A stretch of DNA of 64,000 nt. Source: Eledone cirrhosa. Taxonomy: Eukaryota. The notes beneath the pieces are model-generated. The model ran no database searches and had not been told where the DNA came from. It was given only the letters and a program-made list of their open reading frames with translations. The position numbers were made by a program, and so were the translations under genes. Below, one piece after another: positions 13,401-26,135 of the stretch. The stretch is taken from positions 149,296,001 to 149,360,000 of the forward strand of contig OZ024743.1 of assembly GCA_964016885.1 (NCBI GenBank), given 5' to 3'. The stretch's first letter is position 1, and every line of letters begins with the position of its first letter.

Positions 13401-13751
13401 GTGCGTGTGTGTGTGTATGTATTTTCAATCATATCTTATTTTGTTTGACCTGCTTAGCTTGCTCGTTTTCTTGGCTTAGGTGGTTAATAGCTTCTTAACC
13501 GCCGTCTCAGTTTGTATGGTCTTTATAACTTATGTTTATTGCTCTGGTCTCTTCTGGTCCATGGAGCGCTTGCCAACACAAATCGGAAGTCTCGTTTCAC
13601 TAATTTCTACTCGCCGAAATGCGATTCTCGCTAAATTTATATTTGTATTTGTCTTTATTTGTTAATTTTTCATTCGCACCGTTTCCTTTCGCTATATGTC
13701 TCTCCACCACTCCCCTACACACCTTTTGAACTCTGTTCCCACACACTTCTC

Positions 13752-13784
13752 ACCTGAAGAAGGGCTTATGCCCGAAACGTCGTC
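13752..13784 (+). ncRNA. Hammerhead core in a Penelope-like terminal fragment (about 13420-13870)
   Basis: CTGAAGA-a-gggc/ttat/gccc-GAAAC-GTC; AATAAA at about 13820; stem I pairing weak. Confidence 0.6.
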
Positions 13785-13869
13785 CCCCACCTACCCCCCA
13801 CTCTCCTGAGCGTGAATTTAATAAACATTTATTGTACTGCCTCTCTGTTATGTCCCTGTTCAATTTTTC

Positions 13870-13902
<33 letters not shown>

Positions 13903-13910
13903 ATGTATAA

Positions 13911-13942
<32 letters not shown>

Positions 13943-13971
13943 ATGTATAAATATATATATATATATATGTA

Positions 13972-14044
<73 letters not shown>

Positions 14045-14065
14045 GTGTATATATGTATGTGTATA

Positions 14066-14138
<73 letters not shown>

Positions 14139-14737
14139 ACACACATATATATGCTCTGGTAACATGTATCCCAGTACGACCTGTCCCATGGTCGGGTCAT
14201 TGGCGACTAAACTGGCAACCCCACCAAGGTTTCTTGGTGAGGAGGGTGACTTTGGATATCCTGCAGGATTAAAAAAAACCTATCAAAAGGCAAAGGAGCT
14301 CTTAACAGTCAATGGCCATCCAAAATCACCAGGAGAGATGACCCCTTAGCCTTTGTCAAGGCAGAATTCTAGGAGAAGGAAAACTCTGATGTAACACTTG
14401 CAACTCTGATGGTATCCAATGTTGTTGACTTGTTCTTCTTTTTGGTAAATATTATCTTGGTTAAGAGAGTGGGACTGGCTTTGTGAAGTGCCTTTGCTCA
14501 CTATAAAAGCTTCACGGCACAGGCATTGCTTTATATCTGGAGATCTCTCTGCACTTGTAGTCATATGGTACCATGGTCACAGCACTGTGTGTCAATAATT
14601 GTCACAAGTGTAGTGTTTGTACCAGAGTTTTCAAGTCGCTGGCTGGACTAAAAAGTCACACTCGTTCAGCGCATCGGTAGGGGTTCTCCTACATGTATAT
14701 AAAGTAGTGGCCGTACTCGAAAACGAGTTGGCAGCCA

Positions 14738-14779
<42 letters not shown>

Positions 14780-14868
14780 ATTTGTGTGTATATATATATA
14801 TATGTATGTATGTATACATGTCGATTCAATTTGGATTGCCTCGGAAACATAACCTTATTATGTAACAA

Positions 14869-14942
14869 GCTGTCTGACGATGTCGCGACACTGGCGCACG
14901 GAACAGTGTGGCCACTGTTGCTATTGAAATATATATCACAGC
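14869..14942 (+). ncRNA. Minimal type I hammerhead ribozyme
   Basis: gctgt-CTGACGA-(aacagtg/tggc/cactgtt hairpin)-GAAA-t-atat-a-TC-acagc. Confidence 0.75.
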
Positions 14943-14992
14943 ATTATTATTAAAGAACTTGAACATCTGAAATTACTTTGCTTTTCCTTATT

Positions 14993-15033
<41 letters not shown>

Positions 15034-15051
15034 TGTATATATATATATACA

Positions 15052-15628
15052 TCCTTCGGTTGAGCACTCTACTGACTTATATTCATCATGCAGAAACAAC
15101 ATCTGAATATTTCTACAAAGAACATACCCGTACCAAGCAGGAAAACATACCTCCTGTCTTCCCCCGCTTGCAACGTTTTTTGAAATATCCAGTTCTGCGT
15201 TTACAGATTGACTTTGTTAGTTTCAGAAGATCCCGTTAAGGGTGAAAGCAGCGATTCTTTGCTTAAACTTTAATCTGTAATTTTAATAAATATTTGCTCT
15301 ACGGTTCTTATATATTTGATATATATTTTCCTTATCGAGCCCTCTTTAGATTTTAGTCTTCAATTTTATTATTATTACTATTTGGCTCCTTCGGTTGAGC
15401 ACTCTACTGACTTATATTCATCATGCAGAAACAACATCTGAATATTTCTACAAAGAACATACCCGTACCAAGTAGGAAAACATACCTCCTGTCTTCCTCC
15501 GCTTGCAACGTTTTTTGAAATATCCAGTTCTGCGTTTACAGATTGACTTTGTTAGTTTCAGAAGATCCCGTTAAGGGTGAAAGCAGCGATTCTTTGCTTA
15601 AACTTTAATCTGTTATTTTAATAAATAT
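15052..15628 (+). mobile_element. Partial tandem (about 1.7 units, 335-bp period) Penelope-like or retrozyme-like element
   Basis: Unit starts at 15052 and 15387, near identical; each unit has a hammerhead-like fold plus AATAAA; flanked by (TA)n. Confidence 0.8.
15219..15269 (+). ncRNA. Variant hammerhead with CAGAAGA core (also 15554-15604 and 53378-53424)
   Basis: agttt-CAGAAGA-t-ccc/gttaa/ggg-t-GAAA-gca...tgc-TT-aaact. Confidence 0.55.
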
Positions 15629-15630
15629 AT

Positions 15631-15660
<30 letters not shown>

Positions 15661-15661
<1 letters not shown>

Positions 15662-16319
15662 GCGGCGATGAATTAGTTTTGCGAGGTTTTTTATATGAAA
15701 TCGTGTGTCGAAACAGATATTGTTATATTTGGGGAGGGACATATTTGCGTAATATTGCCAGAATTAATAACAGAACACACTCACTGTTTGGTTGGTTTTC
15801 GCTTCTCGCTGTCTTTTATATATATATATCTGCGATCTAACTTACTCGGTCCTCAATGTTGCCATTGACTGACCCAGCAGACACAACACTATACACACTA
15901 GTCACACATCACACATAACACTATACACACACGCAAACGCATGCGCAAAGAAGACAAAATAAAATAAGGTAAACAAACAAGCAAATAAATAAATAAATAT
16001 ATAGACAGACTGAACAAAAAAAATGGCGTAGACATACAACACAACAGGAGGAACAATGAATATAACACCACTGACGATGTTGCAGATGTGCAACGAAAGA
16101 TTTATGTAAATTATGTAAACTATATATATGTGTTTGTGTCTATATTGTATCTGTATTATTTTTGACCGCCGGTCAGTCAATGGCAACATTGAGGACCGAG
16201 TAAGTTAGATCGCAGATATATATATATAAAAGACAGCGAGAAGCGAAAACCAACCAAACAGTGAGTGTGTTCTGTTATTAATTCTGGCAATATTACGCAA
16301 ATATAACCCTCCCCAAATA

Positions 16320-16323
<4 letters not shown>
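15661..16323. mobile_element. Fold-back Penelope-like element, 153-bp arms 15722-15874 and 16171-16323, partial hammerhead at 16071-16098
   Basis: Inverted arms; CTGACGA-t-gttgca/gatg/tgcaac-GAAA in the spacer; related fragment at about 43810-43903. Confidence 0.65.
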
Positions 16324-16352
<29 letters not shown>

Positions 16353-16357
<5 letters not shown>

Positions 16358-16522
16358 AAAATGTATGACCCCGACGGCAGAGCTCAAGCCGTTGAAATGG
16401 CTTGAGCTCTGCCGTCGGGGTCACGGGGTCATACATTTCCTATTACCCACTCTACTACCCTAAGTATTGAGTACTCTGGTGCGTTATGGTCCATCTGGTT
16501 CCTTACCTCAACTTTTTTGTTA
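16353..16522 (+). mobile_element. Family-A element with fold-back 5' end
   Basis: ataggaaaatgtatgaccccgacggcagagctcaagccgtt|gaaatggcttgagctctgccgtcggggtca..., then the family-A tail. Confidence 0.75.
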
Positions 16523-16535
16523 TATATATATGTAT

Positions 16536-16569
<34 letters not shown>

Positions 16570-16768
16570 ATATATATATATACATATATACATATACTTA
16601 TATATATATATATACATATATACATATACATATATATATATAATTGGTTTTCGATGCTTAAAGCGTCCGTAAGCGGTAGGCCGTTTGAGCACTCGATGCT
16701 CTTACAGAGCAGAGTAAGATATCACATAAGAAACGGAGAATCAGTGTTGCGACAAATAAAATTTATTG

Positions 16769-16863
16769 GACATATTACAATCGTTTCTCTGACGACCAGT
16801 TCGAGGCACGATCGGTGTAATGATTGCACCTGACTTTAAAATCGCAAGGTCCTCAGATATGTC
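16769..16863 (-). ncRNA. Hammerhead ribozyme, left arm of an inverted element (16642-16863)
   Basis: Reverse complement of 17046-17140. Confidence 0.7.
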
Positions 16864-17045
16864 CAACCCATGCAAGCATAAAAACAATGATGATGATGAT
16901 GAAACTTATGTATGTCTGTGCATATGATGCAATGAATGTATGTGTTGGTGTGTGAGAGAGAGGGTGGGTGGTTTAGTGGTATAATTAAACATGTAGGGTC
17001 ATGCAGTACATATATCTGTATGAAAACTCTGTTTCGTAGAATCGA

Positions 17046-17140
17046 GACATATCTGAGGACCTTGCGATTTCAGAGTCAGGTGCAATCATTACATCGATCG
17101 TGCCTCGAGCTGGTCGCCAGAGAAACGATTGTAATATGTC
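17046..17140 (+). ncRNA. Hammerhead ribozyme with long stem II
   Basis: gacatat-CTGAGGA-...-GAAAC-gatt-GTA-atatgtc (7-bp perfect stem I), AATAAA at 17142. Confidence 0.75.
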
Positions 17141-17185
17141 CAATAAATTTTATTCGTCGCAACACTGATTCTCCGTTTCTTATGT

Positions 17186-17254
<69 letters not shown>

Positions 17255-17271
17255 TATGCGAAGAAATATAC

Positions 17272-17326
<55 letters not shown>

Positions 17327-17329
<3 letters not shown>

Positions 17330-18250
17330 TCGTGAAATAGTTTTTTCAAACTATACAGAACATTTGTAGTTTTTCTAAATTGAAGGATGAGTATTTTAAA
17401 CTTTATTTTATCATGAGTTAAGGCTCTATTGATTTTTCCCTGGATTTCACTAAATTCTGTTGGATTAATCTATATCCTTATTCTTTTTGAATTGAGTTTA
17501 AATTATTTTTCCCACATCTTACGTTAACTATTTTCCTATTTTGACGCTATTGTCACTTATATATTATGAAATACTATGTGCTTCTTGCTCATAATAATTT
17601 CTATACTTTTCATTTATATTTATACTCGGATTTTTTTCCTAGAGTGCTTAAATTATTTGTGACTAATCCCGGTCTTTTTTTTTTTTAAAACCGCGATAAT
17701 ATTGCTTTTTGCTGAACTCCTTATTGTAGATTTTTTTTCGGAATGTTTTTGACTGTTATTTCATGTAAACAAACATTCGTCTCATTCTGACGTCACCAGC
17801 CCTGTCTCCACATGTGCGTTTTATTTTCATAATTACGCATGATGTTGAACTAGCCTGCTTTTAAATTCCCTTTTTGGCATATTATAATCAGTGAGATTTT
17901 GATTATTGTGTTGAGCTCTGCTGATGATCGGATCCAACCGTGACCATCCCCACTGAAAGTTTCGTGAAATAGTCTTTTCAAGACTATACAGAGCATTTGT
18001 AGTTTTTCCAAATTGAAGGATGAGTATTTTAAACTTTATTTTATCATGAGTTAAGGCTCTATTGATTTTTCCCTGGATTTCACTAAATTCTGTTGGATTA
18101 ATCTATATCCTGATTCTTTTTGAATTGAGTTTGAATTATTTTTCCCACATCTTACGTTAACCATTTTCCTATTTTGACGCTATAGTCCCTTATATATTAT
18201 GAAATACTATGTGTTTCTTGCTCATAATTATTTCTATACTTTTCATTTAT
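17327..18250 (+). mobile_element. Partial-tandem (pLTR-like) Penelope-like element; direct repeats about 17327-17600 and 17958-18250
   Basis: About 280-bp direct repeat, hammerhead overlapping the start of repeat 2, (TA)n flanks. Confidence 0.75.
17915..17994 (+). ncRNA. Type I hammerhead ribozyme with full stem III
   Basis: gctctg-CTGATGA-...-GAAA-tagtctt/ttc/aagacta-TA-cagagc. Confidence 0.8.
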
Positions 18251-18264
18251 ATATATATATATAC

Positions 18265-18663
18265 TTGGACACTGACTGCACAGGACATGCATAAGGAGGA
18301 AAGAAATGAAGCAGCCATGAATCGTTGGACGTGCTATGTAACTGTGAGAGAAAAGCAGAGCCTTGGATGAACTGAGGGAGAAACTAGGTTTAAGAGGAAT
18401 ACAAAGTGTGAAACATAGAAGTTGATATGGGCATGTGATGTACATGGATGATGATCGATGGGTGAAGAAGTGGAAGGAAATCCCAGTAAAAGGATGCTGC
18501 AATAGAAGTAGGCCAAGGAAACCCTGGGCAGAGGTGGTGAGAGCTGTTCTCAAATCGGTGAGACTCACAGAGATGTTGAAGGAATGCAACGAGTGGAGAG
18601 GTGGTGTGCTGAAAAGGACCTGTCCAATCCATGCAAGCATAAAAACAATGATGATGATGATGA
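18265..18663 (+). mobile_element. Degenerate RTE LINE 3' fragment
   Basis: Encodes MDDDRWVKK...RPRKPWAEVV; (GAT)n tail. Confidence 0.85.
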
Positions 18664-18915
18664 AACGTATGTCTGTGCATATGATCCAACGAATCTATGT
18701 GTGGGTGCATGTTCATGCCTGTGTGTGTGAGAGAGGGGGCGGGGTCTAGTGGTATAATTAATCATGTAGGATCATGCTGTACATATATCTGTATGTTAAA
18801 GCAAATAAAAGCAATACATTATATTAAGTATAAATGAATGTACAATTAATATTTATCAAGATAGCAAAATGTTGCTAAATCAAAGCAATATTTTCATATT
18901 TATGTGTATATGTCT

Positions 18916-18974
<59 letters not shown>

Positions 18975-19129
18975 TTGTCATAATCAGCATTTAATATCTA
19001 TTTTTCAAATGTAGCATGGGTTAGATGGGTTGTTACATTATGAAACAAGTCAAATCAAGTGACCATGTATTACTTATACAGATCTGTATTTTGGCTTGGT
19101 TTCTATGGCTCTTTCTAATGCCAGCTTCA

Positions 19130-19345
19130 TTACAGTGTTGGCCGGGTGTTTTTTTGTTGTGTCACCAGCACATACACCTTGCAGGATTAACTGGGCAACG
19201 TTTGTTGCATCACCAGCACAAACACCTTATAGGCTGAACTGGGTACTTTTTGTTGTGTCACCACATGACCACTTTACAGGATGGACTGGGTACTTCTTCT
19301 TGTGTCACCAGTACAACCACCTGATGAGGTGGATTGAGTGGTGTT
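19130..19345. repeat. Degenerate minisatellite of about 46 bp derived from an RTE/SINE motif
   Basis: Repeated tgtcaccagca..accacctt..agg..ggactgggta.ttttt units. Confidence 0.7.
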
Positions 19346-19396
19346 TTCTATATATGTGTTTATCTGTGTGTGAGTATGTATGTATATATATATATA

Positions 19397-19657
19397 TCAT
19401 CATTTCATTTTACGTCCACTTTTCCCTGCTTGCAAGGGTGGGACGGGAACTGATTCTGGCTTGATTTCTACAGCTGGATGCCCTTCCTAACACCAACCTC
19501 ATTTACAGTGAGTGCTGGGTGCTTTTTTGCCATGGCACCTCCATGATCACTTTGCAGTGGAATGATAGGGACCCAAGTCCCTATCATCTCATTTCTACAG
19601 CTGAGTAAACTGGAGCAATGTGAAATAAAGTGCCTTGCTCAAGGAAACAACACATCA

Positions 19658-19660
<3 letters not shown>
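19397..19660 (-). mobile_element. SINE family S1, head missing
   Basis: Matches 43430-43690. Confidence 0.9.
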
Positions 19661-19717
<57 letters not shown>

Positions 19718-19720
<3 letters not shown>

Positions 19721-20700
19721 GAGGCCTTTCCCAAAAGTAAGAGTATAATTTTTTCTGTGTACGACATCGTATGGCAGCATCTTGTTTGTGTATATAGGCG
19801 TGTTGGTTATGACACTCACAGAAAATGACTGCTCTGATTGGACCATTGTGTAACTTTCCAAGAGTCGTATTTTAAAGGGGATAACTTATAATTTCATGTA
19901 TATCTAATATACATTTAAATAAAACATCAGTATCTTTACTTTTGGGACAAAATTTCTTGTCGCTTTTCAAAGTTTTATTGACTTTGGTGCTTTTCAACTT
20001 TAGTAAAATATTACAAGTCAAATTAATCAGCAACATTTGTGATTACCATGTGCTATCATTTAGGAAGGAACATGATTCCATCCCTGAAGAATTCTTCTGG
20101 CTTCAATGCAAAGCATTTTGTCAATCACTGATTTAACTGGTCTTCATTGGTGATGGTCTTTGACTGTATTGCATTTCTTATTGAGAGAAAAAGGTGATAG
20201 TCTGTAGGTACAGGGTTAGGTAAATATGGTAGATGGGGCAGAACCTCCCAACCTAGCTCCAGCAGCTTCTCACTGGTCATCCTTGATGTATTTTACTGAG
20301 CATTATCATGAAGGAATCAAACAGGACCATGTTGAGGGCACATCTATGTGATTTTCACCACTAAGCTGTCAAGTTGTAGGGAATAGATGTCAGAGATTAT
20401 GCTGGTGTTTGGTGGAAGCAGCTCATAGTGGATGAGACATTTCCTGTCCCACTAGATGCTCAATAGGTCCCTGGAAGGGTGAAGATCAACCTTTTGCATA
20501 CCATTGTGATGCACTCTCTTTATCAATCCATGAGAATGTAGAGACACCATTTTTCATCACCAGTGGCAGTGGAACATAAACAGTTGGTTGTGTGATGGGA
20601 GGAGGGCAGAGAAATTATAGTTACTGCCCAACATTCTCAATTACAGTCAGTGAGATTGTGGAGCACCCATTGGTTCAGCTTGGACACCTTCCCTATTGCA
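19718..20700 (-). pseudogene. Mariner transposase relic
   Basis: Minus-strand TGDEKW at 20547-20564 and HDNA at 20299-20310; TIR-like ta-ccgaggcctttcccaaaagt at about 19718; many stops. Confidence 0.7.
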
Positions 20701-21740
20701 TGTGAGTGAACCTAAGAAACTTTGTGTTTTTGCATCTCTGTGTTTGTTCTGTTTATTCATATTCCCATTATACACAAGTCTATATGTATCTATCTGTGTT
20801 GAAATTTTTGTTTATATATTTGCATATTTCTATAATTTCTTCTATTTTTTTGTTCCTTTTTATATCTCATCATACCACCAGCACTAGGGAGGTTGTCTGA
20901 GAGGTTTTATGGGTTGTTGCTACCCTGTATCAGTTTTCATTCAGAGTGACTGCCCTTTTATATGGGCTGCCTTCACCATGTCTACTAGATGCTGTCTTAT
21001 TTATTCAGAGTGGATGCTCTCCTAGATAAGTCAACTTCTATACAGCTTACACAACCCATTTTTTACCTTGTATAGTTTTATTTATTTGGAATCACAGCTC
21101 TCCTAGTGAGATGTGTTGTTCACAGCTGATGGAGCCCACATCTACAGGATACAGTTTTATTTGTTCAGAGATACAGCTTTGCTGCATGGGTTGCCTTCCA
21201 TGGTTTACACATCTTTCATCTGCCTCCCCCTATCCCATAAAATTCCTATGGGTGTATATAGACATTAATTTTACAACTTATAGTAATTTAATACACTGAT
21301 TATACAATTATATCCAATTAATTTATTTTACCCAATAGTGGAGTAATTTTATGATAGATTGGTGATTATGATTAGTTCAGTAAAGCACATCTTATGAGCA
21401 GGTATATACTATGAACAGATGACCTTCAGAAAGGAGGTGAGCAGATGGGGTATTGTGAGCAAGTAGTAACAAATTATTAAATTAGAGAAAGATATACACA
21501 GATAAAAAAATAAGCGTTCTGGCATTAGGGATATCCTATTTGATGATGAGAATGAAAATAACGAATAGATGAGGATGTTGATAATAATGAATAGATGATG
21601 GTTTTAATAAAGAAAATACGAAATTATAGATAGCAACAATCTATTGAATTAGAGGGGGGGGGGGGTAGAAAGGTATTAAAACAACTATTTTGAGGTTAGA
21701 GATAATCATATTTAATGATGATCAACATCATGATAATAAG

Positions 21741-22165
21741 GGTTTCTGATTTAGGCACAAGGCCAACAATGGGGAGGGGAAGTTGATTAAATCAATCCCA
21801 GTATATTACTGGTACTTTATTTTATCCACCCCATTAGAATGAAAGGCAAAACTAACCTCAGCAGGATTTGAAATCAGAACATGGAGGGCCATAACTCTAT
21901 ACCATGCAGCATGATATCCGACACTCTACCGGTACTGCTAACCCACCACCCTTATGATAATAATAATGGTTTCTGATTTCGGCACAAAGCCAGCAATTTT
22001 GGGGAAGAGGAAAGTCGATTAAATCGACCCAAGTGCATTACTGGTACTTTATTTTAGTATGGCTGAAAGGCAAAGTTAACCTCTGTGGGATTTGAACTCA
22101 GAACATGAAGGGACATAACTATGCTGCAAAACATGGTGTCAGACGCTCTACCGATTCTGTCAATA
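21741..22165 (-). mobile_element. Two tandem diverged S2 SINE copies
   Basis: gaaaggcaaa.ttaacctc..ggatttgaa.tcagaac motifs twice. Confidence 0.8.
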
Positions 22166-22985
22166 TATAGAGAAAAGAAGAGATAAATAAATGTCTGCCA
22201 CTTAGATTAGCTGCTGGGCTGAAAGAAACAGTTCCCCTCCATGAGATGAAGTATATATTTTCAAGTCATCCACCTCTGCATGGAATGGATGGAGATATAA
22301 GCACAATTTAGAGTATGAGATGGAGAGAGAAACAGATAAACAAGCTACAAGGAATAAGCAACAAGCTATTAAATTAGAGAGACAGATAGACAGGTTGATA
22401 AACAAGCATTCTGATGTTAGGAATATCAAATTTAATGATGATGATGATTGTGAAAATAAGGAATAGACGAGAGAATAGATAGCAACAGGCTATTAAATTA
22501 AAGATAAAAATAGATTTCCATCTTAATTTTATATAAGAATACTTGTTAAGTTATGTTCCAAGCACCAGGTAAATAATGAGAGAGCTCGTCATATTACTAA
22601 ATCATTCCATATTTTTGATAATTTTCAAAATGATTTAAAATCTATAGGAAATGTCTTTTATTAGAAATATCTTAATGAAAGAGTTAAAACAAAATATTTC
22701 GTTACTGGTAAGAAAAGCAAAAGACACAAAACATATTCATAAAATATCTTCTGATAGTACAAGGTTTTGGGTTCAGTCTCACTGCATTGCACTTTGGACA
22801 AGTCTCTTTAACCAAGGTATCAGGTTCAGATTAATCCATACATTGTGAGTGGAATATACACACTATATAATCATACATATATGAACATATATATAAGAAT
22901 AGGGACATCTACAAATGGTGGTAAATATTGTCTAGCATAGAAAACAAAATAATTTTCCTTATATGCATGAGTTTGTTGATAAGTT

Positions 22986-23026
<41 letters not shown>

Positions 23027-23602
23027 CAAACATACATACACATACTCATATAACTAAATTGGCTACAAAGTAAAAGCAAAACAAATAACAAAAACTAAAC
23101 TCCATCTGAAAATAATCTTAAACTACCAAATAAATAAAATCAGGAAGCAAAATTAAAGAATTTAATTGAGAAACTTTGTAAATGGGCGTAACAATTGACT
23201 GGGAATGAAATATTTAAGTTTACAAAGTAAATTTTAATGGAAAGTTTTGACGAAATCTTACCACCACTGAGTGATATGTTTGAAAATAGACATTTTCCAT
23301 TGAAATAGTTGCTGTCTGGTGAACTGCCATTGTTCCAGACGATCTAACTGAGTAAGATGATATGGGCAGTCATTTTCACTGATGTTTACACAACTTTACT
23401 CCAGCAAAATAAATTATGTGGACATATTTTTTTAAACTTGAATTGTTTTGTTACATATCTGTTTATCATAATACTTTATTTCATTAAGATATGATTCAAT
23501 TTTTTTATCTTTTATTATTATTATTATCATTCTTTTTTCTTTTTCAGAAATTCAGAAATGGTCGAAGGATGCTGAAGTTTAAGTAGAAAGAAATAGACAT
23601 TC

Positions 23603-23633
<31 letters not shown>

Positions 23634-24211
23634 CATGTATATATATATATACATACAGAGGCACACAAATATATATGCATCTACAATATTGGATTTTGCA
23701 TGTGTTCAAATAACTGTGTATATTTAATATATGAGTATGTGCAGGCAGAATATTCTTCATGATCTAAAATTAATACAAACATATTTATAATTTTCATTAT
23801 GCCTGTAAACGTTGGTACAACTATATAATTACCGAGGTTTATGAAATGTGACCATGTGGTTAAAGTGTTTGCTTCGTGACCACATGGTTTCAGTTTCAAT
23901 CCCATGGTGTACAACCTTGGGCATATGTTTTCTGATATAGATTTTCTGATATAGGATAATCAAGATCTAGTGATTGAAAGTTGATATAAAGAAAGTATGT
24001 AGAATCCTATGGTCAGAGGTGGGTTAAGTTCTTTTGGTTTGCCAATATAAACATTTTAGCTCCACTTTCTTTATTTTGCTTAATAGTTAATACAGCCATA
24101 CCTGCGTGTATATATATATATATTGTATATATTGTATACAGTATATATATATATATATATATGAAATGATGATGATGATGATGATGATATATATATATAT
24201 ATATATATATT

Positions 24212-24546
24212 ATCATCATCATCATCATCATTTTACGTCCACTTTTCCCTGTTTGCAAGGGTGGGACGAGAACTGATTCTGGCTTGATTTCTACAGCTGG
24301 ATGCCCTTCCTAACACCAACCTCATTTACAGTGAGTGCTGGGTGCTTTTCTGCCGTGGCACCTCCATGACCACTTTGCAGTGGAATGATAGGGACCCCAG
24401 TCCCTATCATCTCATTTCTACAGCTGAGTAAACTGGAGCAATGTGAAATAAAGTGTCTTGCTCAAGGAAATAACACATCACCCGGTCTGAGAATTGAACT
24501 CACAACCTTTCGATTGCAAGGCCAATGCTCTAAGCCATGTGCCTCC
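24212..24546 (-). mobile_element. SINE family S1
   Basis: Match to 43361-43710. Confidence 0.9.
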
Positions 24547-24552
24547 ATACAT

Positions 24553-25227
24553 ATACAGCAGTCTTACATGGTAGTGAGATCTGGGCGCTGACTGTAGAAG
24601 ACTTGCGTAGATTAGAAAGAAACGAAGCTTGCATGCTCCGATGGATGTGTAATAGTAATATACGCGAACGGCAAAGCATAAACGAATTGAGGGAGAGACT
24701 GAGCATAAGAGGAATCAAATGCTGTGTGCAGGAGAGGATGTGGCGTTGGTATGCACAAGTGGTGTGTATGAAGGATGACAGCTGCATAAAAAAATTGCAG
24801 AGCACTAGAAGTCGATGGAAGCTGTTTGAGTGGGGAGACCCAAGAAGGCCTGGGATGAGGTGATAAAAGCCGAACTTACCCAATTACACCTCTCATAGGT
24901 GATGACACATGACCGTGACCTCTGGCATCATGCAGTAATACAGAAGACCCGACGTCCCACGGATACAAGCCGAAGCTGAAGCATATAGACAATATGCCCC
25001 CACTGCAAAGTGGACGTGTTGGCGGCATGGAAAAAAATCACCCATCACTCACTGTAAATGAGGTTGGTGTTAGGAAGGGCATCCAGCTGTAGAAATCAAG
25101 CGAGAATCAGTTCCCGTATGAGCAAGACAAGGTCAGCCGACCAGACACTGCCCACAACAGGACAACCCGTCTAACCCATGCTAGCATGGAAGAACAGACG
25201 TAAAATAGTAATGACGATGATGATGAT
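24553..25227 (+). mobile_element. RTE LINE 3' fragment with a second type of extended 3' UTR
   Basis: LHGSEIWAL...RLERNEACMLRWMC; same family on minus at 50373-50940. Confidence 0.9.
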
Positions 25228-25252
25228 ATACTGTGTATATATATATATATAC

Positions 25253-25386
25253 TATAGGTAGTAGAGTGGGTAATAGAAAAAGAGTCAGAACCCCAACAGT
25301 TGAGCTCCAGCGGTTTCGACAGCTAGCTCAGAACTAGCAGTCAAAACGGCCAGTGCTCGGCCGTTGGGCTCCTGACTTTTTCCTAT
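25253..25386 (-). mobile_element. Diverged family-A fold-back element
   Basis: gtagtagagtgggtaatag plus imperfect palindrome gtttcgacagctag...ctagcagtcaaaac. Confidence 0.6.
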
Positions 25387-25434
25387 CATCATCATCATCA
25401 TCATTTTACGTCGACGATGATGATGATGATGATG

Positions 25435-25465
<31 letters not shown>

Positions 25466-25845
25466 ACAACGAACAGCGGAGGACACATTTCGCACCTTTC
25501 CGACAGACAACCTTTCCCCCCCGGAAAAAATCCTAGTTGATGGATGTGAAATCCGAAATATATAGGGACAATTAAATCTCTCCCAAGGTAACTCTTTCTT
25601 GTGTTTTTATTTTTATTTTTATCCTTCACGCTCTTTCCTTCATTCCTCTACACGCTGCAGTCTTATACACGCCACACATCTCAACGTACACCCCCTTACA
25701 TCTCTCTCTCCACCACCAGATTCTGTTACCCAGAGATTTACCCATCTGCATTGTCGAGGCTTCCAAACGACTTAAAGAAATGTACCTTATTATTCCAAAA
25801 TGCTTCAAGCAAACTTCAATACTCTCTTATATATATATATAAACC

Positions 25846-25882
<37 letters not shown>

Positions 25883-25935
25883 GTTTATATATATATATAT
25901 ATATAAAATGTATATATATATATATATAAACCGTT

Positions 25936-25967
<32 letters not shown>

Positions 25968-26103
25968 ATATATATATATTACATATTAAACTTATGCCAA
26001 GAAAGTTTAATAAGTAAAATTGCTTCTCTGAGTGATATCTTATCTGTATATTTTATCCATTCATTGAGATGTTTAAGTATTAGAGACAAATAACCTTTAA
26101 TTA

Positions 26104-26135
<32 letters not shown>

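Noticed and set aside
14155-14600. GC-richer island resembling a LINE 5' leader
   Set aside because: No ORF motifs and no second copy in the window; identity cannot be supported.
23548-23582. Plus-strand terminal exon candidate (ttttcag|..IQKWSKDAEV*)
   Set aside because: Very short, no partner exons found, and no recognisable protein.
25530-25570. Possible decayed hammerheads here and at about 4574, 9694 and 49370-49410 (minus)
   Set aside because: Core nucleotides are missing or stems do not pair; cannot be supported without a family consensus.
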